From Hypanus sabinus (taxonomy: Eukaryota): a stretch of 64,000 bases of DNA. The translations under genes were made by a program, and so were the position numbers. Positions 12,200 to 24,109 of the stretch are shown here, piece by piece (positions within the stretch are counted from its first letter, which is position 1; every line of letters starts with the position of its first letter). Below the pieces are notes generated by a model, which made no database searches, was not told the DNA's origin, and saw only the letters and a list, made by a program, of their open reading frames with translations. The stretch is from the NCBI RefSeq assembly GCF_030144855.1, contig NC_082736.1:6324001-6388000 (forward strand). Reading direction: 5' to 3'.

Positions 12200-14533
12200 T
12201 CAGCAGAGAGGGGAAACGAGGTAGACTTGACCAGGGGGCGAGCCTTGTCTGCGTAATGGGGGACCCATTGGGCGTAATAGGAAAAAAAAACCCAGGCACC
12301 GTCTGAGGGCCTTGAGAGTGGTGGGAAGAGGGAGCTCTAACAGGGGGCGCATACGTTCGGGATCAGGCCCAATAACCCCGTTTTCCACGACATACCCAAG
12401 TATAGCAAGGCGGGTGGTACCAAAAACACACTTGTCCCTGTTATAAGTAAGGTTCAGAGCTGCGGCCACTTGGAGAAACCGTTGGAGGTTGGCGTCGTGA
12501 TCTGGCCTGTCATGACCACAGATGGTGATGTTATCCAGATAGGGAAATGTGGCCTGCAGTTGGTACTGGTCCACCATCCGGTCCATTTCCCTCTGGAAGA
12601 CAGAGACACCATTCGTGACACCGAAAGGGACGCGCAGGAAGTGATAGAGCCGGCCGCCCGCCTCGAAGGCGGTGTAGGGGCGGTCCTCTGGGCAGATGGG
12701 GAGCTGGTGATAAGCGGATTTCAGATTTATTGTCGAGTACACCTTATACTGAGCAATCTGGTTGACCATATCCGCGATGCGGGGTAGGGGGTATGCGTCA
12801 AGCTGCGTAAACCTATTGATGGTTTGACTATAGTCCACCACCATCCTATCTTTCTGCCCAGTCCGAACAACAACTACCTGGGCCCTCCAAGGGCTTGTGC
12901 TCGGCTCAATGATCCCCTCCCTGAGCAGCCGCTGCACCTCCGACTGAATGAAGGCCCGGTCCCCCGCGCTGTACCTCCTGCTTTTGGTTGCCACAGGTTT
13001 ACAGTCGGGGGTCAGGTTGGCGAACAGCGGTGGGGGAGGGATCTTGAGAGTGGAGAGGCTGCAAGTGTCGGTAGCGCAGCTGTCGGCCTGGTTCTGGATG
13101 GGATGTGTGTGCCCGTGTATGTGTGTGGTCAGTAGCGGGGTATGTGAAGAAGTCCCACAAAACTGAGGATTCTTGACAGTGAGTGGTGGGAGGGGCCCGT
13201 CGTATACCATAGTCACACTTTCGAGATGGCTCTGGAAGTCCAGCCCCAATAGCACAGGTGCGCACAGATTAGGCATGACCAGCAGTTCAAAGTCCCGATA
13301 TTCTGTGCCTTGCACCACCAAAGTCGCTACACAACCCGCCCGGATGTCTGCGGACTGCGACCCAGAGGCCAAATGGAACCTCCGACTGACCGGCCGCGTT
13401 GCAAGTCCGCAGCGTTGCACTGTGTCCGGGTGAATAAAACTCCCAGTGCTGCCCGTGTCAAACAGGCATCCAGTCCAATGCCCCTCCACCTGGATGTCCA
13501 TCATGGACCTTGCAAGCTGGTGTGGGGCGCTTTGGTCGAGAGTCACAGTGGCCACAGTTGAATCGCCGTCGGGGTACCCGGTCAGCATCGGAGGGTCGGG
13601 GGCGGGGCATGCTGACGCCGACAAAGATGGCCGCCCACATCCGGGGTACCCGGTCAGCATCGGAGGAGCGGGGGCGGGGCGTACTGACGTCGACAAAGAT
13701 GGCCGCCCACATCCCGGCATGCAAGATGGCGGCCCCCACGTTTCACCCGCAGCGCTGCACTCCGCTCGAGGTTGAGACTTACAGACCTTGGCGAAGTGGC
13801 CCCGCTTTCCGCAGCTGGAGCAGGTCGCTTCTCGCGCTGGACAGCGTTGTCGAGGATGTTTCTTTTGGCCACAGAAATAACAAGGCACGAGTTTCTTACG
13901 GGCCACAGCCGTGGTCTGGGTCGGGGAGCTCGTGGAATGGCGACTGGCGGCGGCGTTGGCGAATTCGCTCCCGGGAGCCGGCGGTGGCGGGGAATCGCGC
14001 GACTGGACAGCGTCGGCGTTATGCCGCGCAGCTTCTAGAGCGTTGGCCTTCTCTATCGCCGAGCTTAAGGTAAGATCCGAGTTCTCCAGCAGCCGCTGGC
14101 GCATGTACACTGACCTCAGTCCCGTCACAAAGGCGTCTCGCATCAGCAGCTCCGCATGCTGTTCTGCCGTGAGCGTCTTGCAGTCACAAGCTCGGACGAG
14201 GGTCTGTAGTGCTCGGAGAAACTCAGCGCACGATTCTCCAGGCCGCTGTTGCCGGGTAGCTAAGCGATGTCTTGCGTAGACGGTGTTCACCGGCCGCAGG
14301 TACTGTCTTTTGAGGGCGTCCAGTGCCCCTTCGTAGGTCGGCAGGTCCCGGATAAAGGAGTAAACTTTGGAGGAGACCCTCGAGAGTAGGATTCTTTGCA
14401 TAACGGCGGGTTCCGTCGCACGAAGCTCCGCCAAGTACGATTGGAAGCATGCAAGCCAGTGTTCAAAAGCGAGAGCTGCGTCAGGGTCTTGAGGGTCCAA
14501 ATCCAACCGGTCCGGACGCAAAACGGGTTCCAT
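12200..14533 (-). CDS. Gypsy gag-protease-RT (N-terminal part of gag-pol)
   Basis: Twin CCHC-type knuckles CYFCGQKKHPRQRC and CSSCGKRGHFAKVC, protease LFDTGS, RT PFGVTN and YLDN; frame lost at the A9 run 12282-12290. Confidence 0.92.
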   Translation of the reverse strand: MEPVLRPDRLDLDPQDPDAALAFEHWLACFQSYLAELRATEPAVMQRILLSRVSSKVYSFIRDLPTYEGALDALKRQYLRPVNTVYARHRLATRQQRPGESCAEFLRALQTLVRACDCKTLTAEQHAELLMRDAFVTGLRSVYMRQRLLENSDLTLSSAIEKANALEAARHNADAVQSRDSPPPPAPGSEFANAAASRHSTSSPTQTTAVARKKLVPCYFCGQKKHPRQRCPAREATCSSCGKRGHFAKVCKSQPRAECSAAGETWGPPSCMPGCGRPSLSTSVRPAPAPPMLTGYPGCGRPSLSASACPAPDPPMLTGYPDGDSTVATVTLDQSAPHQLARSMMDIQVEGHWTGCLFDTGSTGSFIHPDTVQRCGLATRPVSRRFHLASGSQSADIRAGCVATLVVQGTEYRDFELLVMPNLCAPVLLGLDFQSHLESVTMVYDGPLPPLTVKNPQFCGTSSHTPLLTTHIHGHTHPIQNQADSCATDTCSLSTLKIPPPPLFANLTPDCKPVATKSRRYSAGDRAFIQSEVQRLLREGIIEPSTSPWRAQVVVVRTGQKDRMVVDYSQTINRFTQLDAYPLPRIADMVNQIAQYKVYSTINLKSAYHQLPICPEDRPYTAFEAGGRLYHFLRVPFGVTNGVSVFQREMDRMVDQYQLQATFPYLDNITICGHDRPDHDANLQRFLQVAAALNLTYNRDKCVFGTTRLAILGYVVENGVIGPDPERMRPLLELPLPTTLKALRRCLGFFFLLRPMGPPLRRQGSPPGQVYLVSPLC

Positions 14534-14559
14534 GTTTTAAAACTTCCAGTCAATAAAAT

Positions 14560-14771
14560 TGATGCACCATCAATAACTCACACTGAGACGTAGGCGAGAT
14601 ATCGGCTTTTATTGACTGGAAGAAGGAACCAGGAGTGAGTGTCTATCATACAAGGTCTTGGAGACTGAGGCCGAGCTTCAGGCCGCAGGTCTCCTTTATA
14701 CAGGGGCCTGTGGGAGGAGCCACAGGAGCAGTCAGCAGGGGCGTGTCCCGACAGGCACATAGTTCACCACA
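14560..14771 (-). repeat. Gypsy 5' LTR (212 bp)
   Basis: Direct repeat of 10326-10533; TATAAA and AATAAA on the minus strand. Confidence 0.95.
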
Positions 14772-14876
14772 GACTCTTTAACTCAGTATTATTTGTTTGT
14801 TGTAAAATAAAAATTGTGCTTGAAATGGGGAGGGGAATAGATGCTGGAAGTGAAAGATACAAGATACAAAATAGAT

Positions 14877-14921
14877 GAGAGAGAGAGGGAGAGAGAGAGA
14901 GAGAGAGAGAAAGAAAGAGAT
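14877..14921. repeat. (GA)n microsatellite
   Basis: Imperfect GA run. Confidence 0.9.
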
Positions 14922-15689
14922 AGACCATGCAGCTGGATGCCTGGAGAGATAAAGTTATCAGTTGAAAAACCGTCCTCTGAACGGCCCAAAACGATGCTGT
15001 TTGTTCATTGTTCTTGTATATAATATGAGGTCCTGAGATCAGATACGATTCACAGCCGTACGATTGTGGGTAGGAGTTGCTATTGAAGCAATTCTGTTAA
15101 ACTTGAAAGCAACCGTCATTAACGTAATGTAGCATTTCCAAACCTACCAGTGAAAATGCAATTTCCTATTGCAGTAGAATTGGGCTGATTTAGTCCTGGA
15201 CTTATATTGGGAAGGAAAGCGAGGGCATCCTGGTGAGTACGTCCTTTTACACACTGTGGTGGTAGTGCGTGGGGTTTGGGGTTGTGTGACAGGTCAAGGT
15301 GTTTTGGGTTGTGTGGAAGAAAACGAACGTGAAAACGGCAACTGAGAGTGATAAAGACACACATCACTGAGCAGACAAGAGTAGCTGAATTAACGACTCC
15401 ATACGCAACATTAACTTTACACAGATGCCACCTGAACTATTCAGCATTTTCTCTGTTTCTCAGAGTATTGGGTTCATCTGTGGGTTCTATACATCAGTAA
15501 AGACATTAATTCTAAGATGCGATATTTTAGTGATCCGATACATTGTTGAAATGGGGTTTGTTTTGTCGCCCTGGTTTGGATATGGCCAAAGTGCAATGTG
15601 AGAGACACTGAAGCGGGTCGATAGTTCACAAATCTTTGCACAGATGTGCAAAGTGGATAGAGACCTGTCCACACAGAGCCAACGGTAAT

Positions 15690-15938
15690 TACTGACAAAG
15701 GTGCGTCAACCTGACTTGAAGGAGGTGAATACCAATGCAATTAATTTATTTTGTGTTTTATATTTGCAATTAATTAGATCACTTTGTAAAGATCTGTTTT
15801 TCACTTCGACACCAGGGTGTCCATTCTGCTGATCAGTGTGGGAAAATAAAGCCAAATTAAATCCACTGTGAATCAATGTTGCAGAACAATAAACATGAAA
15901 ACCTCCAAAGGAGACTGAATACTTTTGATGGCACTGTA
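15690..15938. mobile_element. Tc1-like transposon terminus
   Basis: Ends in GAATACTTTTGATGGCACTG followed by TA, with an internal GGTGAATAC direct repeat typical of Tc1 IR/DR ends. Confidence 0.6.
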
Positions 15939-16159
15939 TCCACCCCTTCACCCGCACGTTATGAACAAATCCACCCTGCTCCTTTCCATTTTGCCGATTC
16001 TGTGTGGAACATTAAACATGTAGGAATGTCAGATTCCCAGTCCAAGTCTCTGTAACCATGTCCCTGCAATAGCTGGTATATCAAACATATTCGTCAGTAC
16101 ACAATATGGAACAGATGGCAACCTGCCCTTCAGTCCACAATATCTGCACCAATCATAAT

Positions 16160-16990
16160 AATGCTGAGACTTTATAAAGTACTGGTGAGGTCTCACTGGA
16201 GTATTGTGAGCATTTGTGGGCCCTTTATCTTAGGAAGGATGAGCTGAAACTGGATGCGTTTCAAAGAGATTCTCAAAATTGCCTCCAGGATGAAACAGCT
16301 CGGCATATGAAGAGCGTTTGATTGCTCTGGGCCTGTACTCACTGGAATTTAGGTCAATGAGGGCTGACCTAATTGAAACCTATCGAATGGTGAAAGGCCT
16401 TGATAAAGTGGATGTGCGGAGGATGGGAGTGTCTGAGACCAGAGGACGCAGCCTCAGAATAGAGCATTGTAGAATGTGGAGATGAGGAATTTGTTTCACC
16501 AGAGAGTGGTGAATCTGTGGAATTTGTTGCCTCGGGCAACTGTGGAGCCAAGACTTTATGTATATTTAAGGCAGAGTTGGTAGATTCTTGATTGGTCAGA
16601 TCATGAAGGGTTACAGGGAGAAGGCAGGGGATTGGGGCTTTGAGGGAAAATGGATTAGCCAGGATGAAATGACGGAGCAGATTTGATGGGCCTAATGGCC
16701 TAATTCTGATCCTATATCTTAGAGTCTGTATCACCTCCTCAGAAACCTCAATCAGCTTTATCAAGTCTGATCTGCCTGCACAAAGCCATGCTGATTGTCC
16801 CTAAGCAGGCCGTGCCTTTCCAAATGAGCATAAACCCTGTACCTCAGTATCCTCCCCAGTAGCTTCTCCACCACTGAAATGAGGCTGCCTTGCTTATAAA
16901 TCCCTAGGTTCTAGTTATTTCCTTTCTTGATCAAAGCTGCAACATTTGCTACACTCCAGTACTGAGGGACCTCAAATGTTGCAATTCAGG
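16160..16990. mobile_element. CR1 LINE fragments (plus-strand 3' end, then a minus-strand piece)
   Basis: CR1 3' motifs (CTGTACTCACTGGAATTTAG, GATGGGCCTAATGGCCTAATTCTG). Confidence 0.7.
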
Positions 16991-16992
16991 AC

Positions 16993-18840
16993 ACAGACAG
17001 ACAGACATACTTTATTAATCCCGAAGGAAACTGGGTTTCGTTACAGTCGCACCAACCAAGAATAGTGTAGAAATATATCAATATAAAACCATAAGTAATT
17101 AAATAATAATAAGTAAATTATGCCAAGTGGAAATAAGTCCAGGACCAGCCTATTGGGTCAGGTTGTCTGACACTCCGAGGGACGAGTTGTAAAGTTTGAT
17201 GGCCACAGGCAGGAATGACTTCCTATAACGCTCAGTGTTGCATCTCGGTGGAATGAGTCTCTGGCTGAATGTACTGCTGTGCCTAACCAGTACATTATGG
17301 AGTGGATGGGAGACATTGTCCAAGATGGCATGCAACTTGGACAGCATCCTCTTTTCAGACACCACCGTCAGAGAGTCCAGTTCCACCCCCACAACATCAC
17401 TGGCCTTACGAATGAGTTTGTTGATTCTGTTGGTGTCTGCTTACCTCAGCCTGCTGCCCCAGCACACAACAACAAACTGGATAGTACTGGCCACCACAGA
17501 CTCGTGGAACATCCTCAGCATCGTCTGGCAGATGTTAAAGGACCTCAGTCCTCTCAGGAAATAGTGACGGCTCTGACTCTTCTTGTAGACAGCCTCAGTG
17601 TTCTTTGACCATTCCAGTTTACTGTCAATTCGTATCCCCAGATACTTGTAATCCTCCACCATGTCCACACTGACCCCTTGGATGGAAACAGGGGTCACCA
17701 GTGCCTTGGTCCTCCTCAGGTCCACCACCAGCTCCTTAGTCTTTTTCACATTAAGCTGCAGATGATTCTGCTCGCACCATTTGACAAAGTTTCCCACCGT
17801 AGCCCTGTACTCTGCCTCATCCCCCTTGCTGATGCATCCAACTATGGCAGAGTCATCAGAAAACTTCTGAAGTTGGCAAGACTTTGTGCAGTAGTTGAAG
17901 TCCGAGTTGTAGATGGTGAAGAGAAAGGGAGACAGGACAGTCCCCTGTGGAGCCCCAGTGCTGCTGACCACTCTGTCTGACACACAGTGTTGTAAGCACA
18001 CGTACTGTGGTCTGCCAGTCAGGTAATCAATAATCCATGACACCAGGGAAGCATCGACCTGCATCACTGTCAGCTTCTCACTAAGCAGAGCAGGGCGGAT
18101 GGTGTTGAACGCACTGGAGAAGTCAAAAAACATGACCCTCACTGTGCTTGCCGGCTTGTCCAGGTGGGCATAGACATTGTTCAGCAGGTAGGTGATGGCA
18201 TCCTCAACTCCTAGTCGGGGCTGGCGGGAACCCTCTGGAGACTCAGGCTCAGCTTGAAGACATGGTGAAGTACTCCACATAGCTGGGGGGCACAGCCTTT
18301 GAGCACCCTGGGGCTGACACCATCCGGGCCTGCAGCCTTGCTTGGGTGGAGACGTTTCAGATGTCTTCTCACCTGTTCAGCTGTGAAGCCCACCATGGTG
18401 GTTTCATGTGGGGGAGGGGTGTAGTCATGGGAGCAGGGTGGGGGGCTGTGAGGAGGGGTAGTAGGGGAGAGTGGAGTATGTGCTGTTGGGGGCCGACAAC
18501 AGATGAATCATTTTGTGTGTGTTGTTTGAATTTCCAGCATCTGCAGATTTCCTCGTGCTTCCTCCTACACCTGTCTTTAGCCTCCCTGATCTTGGCTTTC
18601 AGGTCCCTCTATATTGTCCTCAGCTCCTCCCTAATTCCATCTCTAAATGCCCTCTTTTTAGTGTTCAGGATGTCCTTAATGTCTTTTGTTACCCATGACT
18701 TGTTATTTGAATAACGCAGTTCTTGCTGGAACATTGCAGTCCACACCGAAGTTGATGTAACCAGTGATGCCCATCAATGTCCTCTCCATGTGGCTCACAG
18801 AGTGCCTGCCTGTCTGTCACCTCAAAACAAATTTGGAGTG
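16993..18840 (-). mobile_element. Rex1/Babar LINE with RT domain and (TCTG)n tail
   Basis: ORF 17441-18280 (FFDFSSAFNTI, GAPQGTVLSPFLF, KFSDDS, YKYLG); AATAAA plus a GTCT microsatellite 3' tail. Confidence 0.9.
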
Positions 18841-20180
18841 TCTCAGATCAGTGGTCCCCAACCACCGGGCCGCAAAACACGTGCTGCCGGGCTGTGAAGA
18901 ACCAATATGATTTGGTGATATGAAACGATATGAGTCAGCTTCACCTTTCCTCATTCCCTGTCACGCCACTGTTGAACTTGAACGCACACAAGGTCATCAG
19001 TCGGTATGAGTAAAAAACAAACGTCGCTTGAGAGTTTCTTTGGAAGAGGTGGTGGGGGACATAAAAGGCCCAATGATGACGACCACGCAGAGACGGCTGA
19101 GGCCAAGACTACAAAAAAAAAGAAAGCTTCCTTCAACAGAAAATACGACGAGTCGCACATAAAATATGGGTTTATTGTGACCGGTGACTCGTATGCTCCA
19201 AGCCCCTGTGTGTGATATGTGGAGACATGCTGTCTAATGAGGCAATGAAGCCCTCAAAACTGCTTCAGCTTCTTGAGTCCCAGCTCCCTGCACTTAAAGA
19301 CAAACCCTTTGAGTTTTCTGAGTGGAAAAAACGTGAGCAAGCGGGGCAGAAGCAAGTGCTGAGAGCCAACTCCTCCACAAATGCTGCTGCTCTGAGAGCG
19401 TCATAGTTAGTGGCTAGCCGTATTGCTGAGGCTAAGAAGCCTTTCACTGTTGGGGAAGAATTGATTCTGCCTGCTGCCAAGGACATGTGCTGTGAACTGT
19501 TGAGAGAAGCTGCTGCTAACAAGATGGCACAGGTTTCTCTTCCAGCTACCACAGTTTCAAGGAGCATCGATGACTAAGCGGAGGACAGTGAAGCATAGAT
19601 GTTAGAACGGCTTAACGAGTCACCATGGTATGCTATCCAGGTCGACGAGTCTACCAATGCGACAACAAGGTAACACTGCTGGTTAATGTGCGATATATAT
19701 TCCAGGATGATGTGCATGAGGATATGTTGTGCGCAATGCTACCGCCAACTAACACAACTGGGGCAGAACTGTTCAAGTCTTTGAATGACTACATGTTAGG
19801 CAAACCGGACTGGTCATTCTGTGTTGGAATATGCACAGATGGGGCTGCAGCTATGACTGGACGGCTGTCTGGTTTCACTACCCGAGTCAAAGAGGTTACT
19901 CCTGAATGACAGTCTGCAAACTTCAGGGGAGAATGACAGCTATCCATGTCAGCGCGGGAAGATCAAGCCCTCGAGCTTGCAAATGACGGTGGGTTGAAAA
20001 ATAAGTTTAACATAACATCTCTGCCGGCATTCTGGATCAAAGTCAAGGCTGAATATCCTGAGATAGCCATGAAAGCACTGAAAACGTTACTTCCATTTCC
20101 AACATCATATCTCTGTGAAGCAGGTTTTTCTGCAACAAATGCAACAAAAACTAAATTGCGGAATAGACTGGATATAAGGA

Positions 20181-20314
20181 GCAAAAACGAGGAAATCTGC
20201 AGATGCTGGAAATTCAAACAACGCACACAAAATGCTGGTAGAACACAGCAGGCCAGGCAGCATCTGTAAGGAGAAGCACTGTCGACGTTTCAGGCCGAGA
20301 CCCTTCGTCAGGAC
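20181..20314 (-). mobile_element. Short Penelope-like terminal repeat with hammerhead motif, inserted in the hAT element
   Basis: TSD ATAAGGA (20174-20180 and 20315-20321); minus strand reads GTC-CTGACGA-AGGGTCTCGGCCT-GAAA-CGTC-GAC. Confidence 0.75.
20281..20314 (-). ncRNA. Minimal type I hammerhead ribozyme motif
   Basis: CUGANGA and GAAA core boxes, short stem II, palindromic ACGU stem III, GUC cleavage triplet, stem I GUC/GAC. Confidence 0.65.
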
Positions 20315-20764
20315 ATAAGGAACCCCCTTTGAGTATTGCTGTCTCCATTCACCCTTCAATGAGACCGCCTTATTGCAGGGAAACAAGCCCAGGCCTCTTA
20401 CTGATTCACCGATATTGGTGTGTTTCAATGATTTTATATGTTCATACGGGAATAATAGGCGCTGTGTGTTTAATATCCAAATGTTACTTAAAATGTTATG
20501 ATGCTATTGACTTATATGTGCCCTATAATTGACTTATCAATATATTCATGGGAGGAAAATATGCACTGTTTAATATTAAATTCTTTAGATAAACCCTTTT
20601 AGAAATGAAATTGAGAGTACTAATTAGCCACTTATAAGTGACTTATAGTTTCACCTGCATTCTGGTATATATTAACAAACACCCCCACCCCCCGCTGGCT
20701 GGTCCGCAAGTATATTGTCAATATTATATGGGTCCGCGGTGCAAACAAAGTTGGGGACCCCGAT

Positions 20765-22400
20765 ATAGATCCTTGTCAAATTCCCAGCAATCTGCTCACT
20801 TGCTTCTTTCACTATTGTAGGATATATGCCTTCAGTTCTTGGAGTCTTATCCATCTTATTGCTTTTCAGATGTCCCAGCACAGCCTCCTCCTCAATCTGA
20901 ACATCTCTCTGCACATTAGCATGTCTCGCTCTGTTTTCCTTAACATTCAATTCCTTCTCCTCGGTAAATATTGATACAACAGACTTATTTAGTACCTCAG
21001 CCACTTGGTCTGACTTCAACCACATCATTCCTCCTTTAATCTTGAGTGGACCTTTCCAGTCTCTGGTTATCCCTGTTTAACTAATATAAATCAAGAGGCC
21101 TTGGGATTATCTTTGATCCCACTGCACGAGGACGGTTTGAGGCCCCATTTGGCCTTTCCTATCACCAGCTTTCGCATTTCCCCGCTATCTTTATATTCCA
21201 AAGATACCCAGTCTGATTTTAGCTTCATAAACCTTCCATATCCTTCTGACTAAATTCAGGATCTCTCCATTCATCCAAAGTTCCCTTACCTTACCGTCCT
21301 TGTCCTTACTCCTTACAGGAACATGCTGATCCTGAACGCTGAGCTGCTGGTCTTTAAACAACTCCCACATGTCAGATGTCGACTTGTCTGACAGTGGCTG
21401 CTCCCAATCAATGCCCCTTGGCTTCTGTCTTACTCATAACTAACAAACAAAATAAATGGTGATCGTCAGCTGGCCTGGCTCGTTTCCCTAAACTAATTCC
21501 CGTCTGTTCTCGCCTCTGGTGGGGCTCTGTACATAATGTTTCAAACACTCCTCGGAATCGCTGAAGAAATCTTGAGCATCTCAGCATTGAGCAAGATCCA
21601 GTCAATTCGGGGGAACATAAAGCCCCCCACTATGACAGTTCTGTTCTGCACCTCTCCCTAAACATAAACCTCCGTGTTCCTCCACCTCCCGGTGGTTATT
21701 GGGGGCCAATACTATAATCCAGTCCGTGTGACTGTAGATTGCCTCTGTAAGTGAGCCCCCCAGTTTGCTGTGACATTCCCAGTGGGGTAACCTCTGCATC
21801 TTATAACCCCCCTCCTCCCCACTCACATGTAAAACAATGAAACCTAGAGATGCTGAGCTGCCAGCCCTGATCGTCCGACAACATAATACTCCTAATGTTG
21901 AAATAAACTTATTTCAGCCCACCAATCCCACCATGTTTATTGGCCTGACATTGGCTCTCGTTCTTTTCAGACTGTCTTGTCAGACATACATTCTCCCACT
22001 TGCTACTCCAGTTCCAACTCCGCCAAGTGACACCATCAAACCTCCTGGTGAGGATATTGGTTCCCCTCCGGTCCAGATGGAAATGGCCTTGTTTGTCCTG
22101 GTCTCCCACCTGACTGGAAGGGAGCCCATTGATCCATGAATCTGAAGACCTCCCTCCTGCATCAGTTCCTCAGCAGCAATTGTTTCCTCACCACACCAGC
22201 ACAAGGTTTGGGCCACAATTCGATAATTACAATCCTGGAAGTCCTGCTTTTTAACCTGTTTCCGAAAAATCACTGTGTAGGACCTGATACTTTCTTGTTT
22301 AAACCCTTCCATGTAGCATGAAGAAAGCTCCCGTAAACATATTGGCTCCCCTCCTTGGACCCGTCTCACCTTTCCCTCGGGACCTTAATGATCCTCGTAT
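20765..22400 (-). mobile_element. Degenerate CR1 LINE (ORF2 pieces plus an ORF1 esterase-like piece)
   Basis: ORF piece 20672-21028 (MDKTPRTEGIYP, EASEQIAG) and 21909-22109 (HLDRRGTNILT). Confidence 0.7.
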
Positions 22401-22764
22401 CTAAAGCCCTCACCCACCTCACACCAGCTCCTAAGCCACCACTTTATCTGGGCTTTAGAAGGCATCAAAGCGAGGTCTATATATCCTTATATCTGCCTAT
22501 GTATTCTGTTCCTTTTTGTGACCGGACTTTAATTTCCCTCACGACCCAGAGAAACAATTGTTCTGATGAATTAACCCTCTCATCACTGAATGTGACTGCA
22601 CCCCCGCCCACCAACTGCTGTGTGTCAGGACGCTCGAACTGGTCATGGGGCCGGGGAAGGACAGACCGAGGTCCTCGGGGATTTGCGGAATGGAAAAGCA
22701 CTTATTATAATTTAAAGCAAGATAATCAGCAAATTTCCAGAAATCTTCCAGTTTGTACGTGTTT

Positions 22765-23106
22765 CATGCCATCTTGGACAATGAGTCCCATCCACTCCAT
22801 AATGTACTGGTTAGGCACAGGAGTACATTCAGCCAGAGACTCATTCCACCGAGATACAACACTGAGCATCATAGGAAGTCATTCCTGCCTGTGGCCATCA
22901 AACTTTACAACTCGTCCCTCGGAGTGTCAGACAACCTGAGCCAATAGGCTGATCCTGGACTTATTTCCACTTGGCATAATTTACTTATTATTATTGAATT
23001 ATTTATGGTTTTATATTACTATATTTCTACAATATTCTTGGTTGGTGCGACTGTAACGAAACCCAACTTCCCCCGGGATCAATAAAGTATGTATCTCTGT
23101 CTGTCT
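22765..23106 (+). mobile_element. Rex-type LINE 3' fragment upstream of H4
   Basis: Same family as 16993-17400 (HAILDNESHPLHNVLVRHRSTFSQRLIPPR), AATAAA plus TCTG tail; absent from the inverted paralogous H4 unit. Confidence 0.85.
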
Positions 23107-23342
23107 CGAGTGGATGTGGAGGGGATGTTTCCTACAGTGGGGGAGTCTAGGATCAGAGGACACAGATGGAGCTGGGGCGCTTCGTGTCGGATAGACCGTT
23201 GGAAACTGGTGGGTGTGGTAAAGTGAAGGCGGAGCTGGACGATGAGAGGCCGCTCTCGGCTCTGTCCGTCACTCTGACTCTGTCTCCTCCCCTCCCCGCC
23301 TCTGTCTCTCTGCGCGTTTCTCGGGCAGGTCGGGGCGCTGTG

Positions 23343-23349
23343 TATAAAA
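23343..23349 (+). promoter_or_regulatory. H4 TATA box
   Basis: TATAAAA about 55-60 bp upstream of the ATG. Confidence 0.75.
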
Positions 23350-23394
23350 GGAGACATCAGCAGTCGGTTTCTCACTGAGCAGCGACCTGAGTGA

Positions 23395-23715
<321 letters not shown>

Positions 23716-23748
23716 AAAACTCCCACTTCCTCCCGAGAACAACACAAA

Positions 23749-23764
23749 GGCTCTTCTAAGAGCC
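23749..23764 (+). promoter_or_regulatory. Histone 3' stem-loop (H4)
   Basis: GGCTCTTCTAAGAGCC followed by ACCCA. Confidence 0.95.
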
Positions 23765-24109
23765 ACCCACCGCCTCACAGATGGAGCCGTGTCCACAACC
23801 TTTTAATTATTTTTTGTAGATATATTAATCTGGATCCATTTGAAATAGATTAATCTTTACGCTTGAAATATATATAGCTGCGATTGTGCCTTCCCAGGCG
23901 CTGATTACCTTGAATGCTGGATGCATTTATATCGATCTTAATCATTCTGTCCATCTCGGACAGAAATCAGTTCACTCGTTTAGAGAGTCGATTCCGTAAT
24001 CATGCATTCAAATCTTAACTGAGGGAATTAGATATTAAATGAAACTGAAAATACATGATCCGTAATAGAATTAATTGTAAATAAGAAGTTATCAAGCTGT
24101 GTGCTCTGA

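Larger units (their letters stand above)
10326..14771 (-). mobile_element. Full-length Gypsy (Mag-like) LTR retrotransposon, very young
   Basis: Two near-identical LTRs (TG...CA), 5-bp TSD GACTC (10321-10325 and 14772-14776), PPT GAAGGGGGGGTGAA next to the 3' LTR, gag-PR-RT-RH-IN order; inserted in a LINE 3' tail. Confidence 0.95.
18849..20762 (+). mobile_element. hAT (Charlie/Buster-like) transposon, internally deleted
   Basis: TIRs CAGTGGTCCCCAAC...GTTGGGGACCCC; fragments RKYDESHIKYGF, CVICGDMLSNEAMKPSKL, CTDGAAAMTG and the dimerization domain PTSYLCEAGFS; TSD not clean. Confidence 0.88.

Noticed and set aside
19006-20180. Domesticated ZBED/SCAND-like gene
   Set aside because: Multiple stops, a large internal deletion and retained TIRs indicate a dead hAT copy
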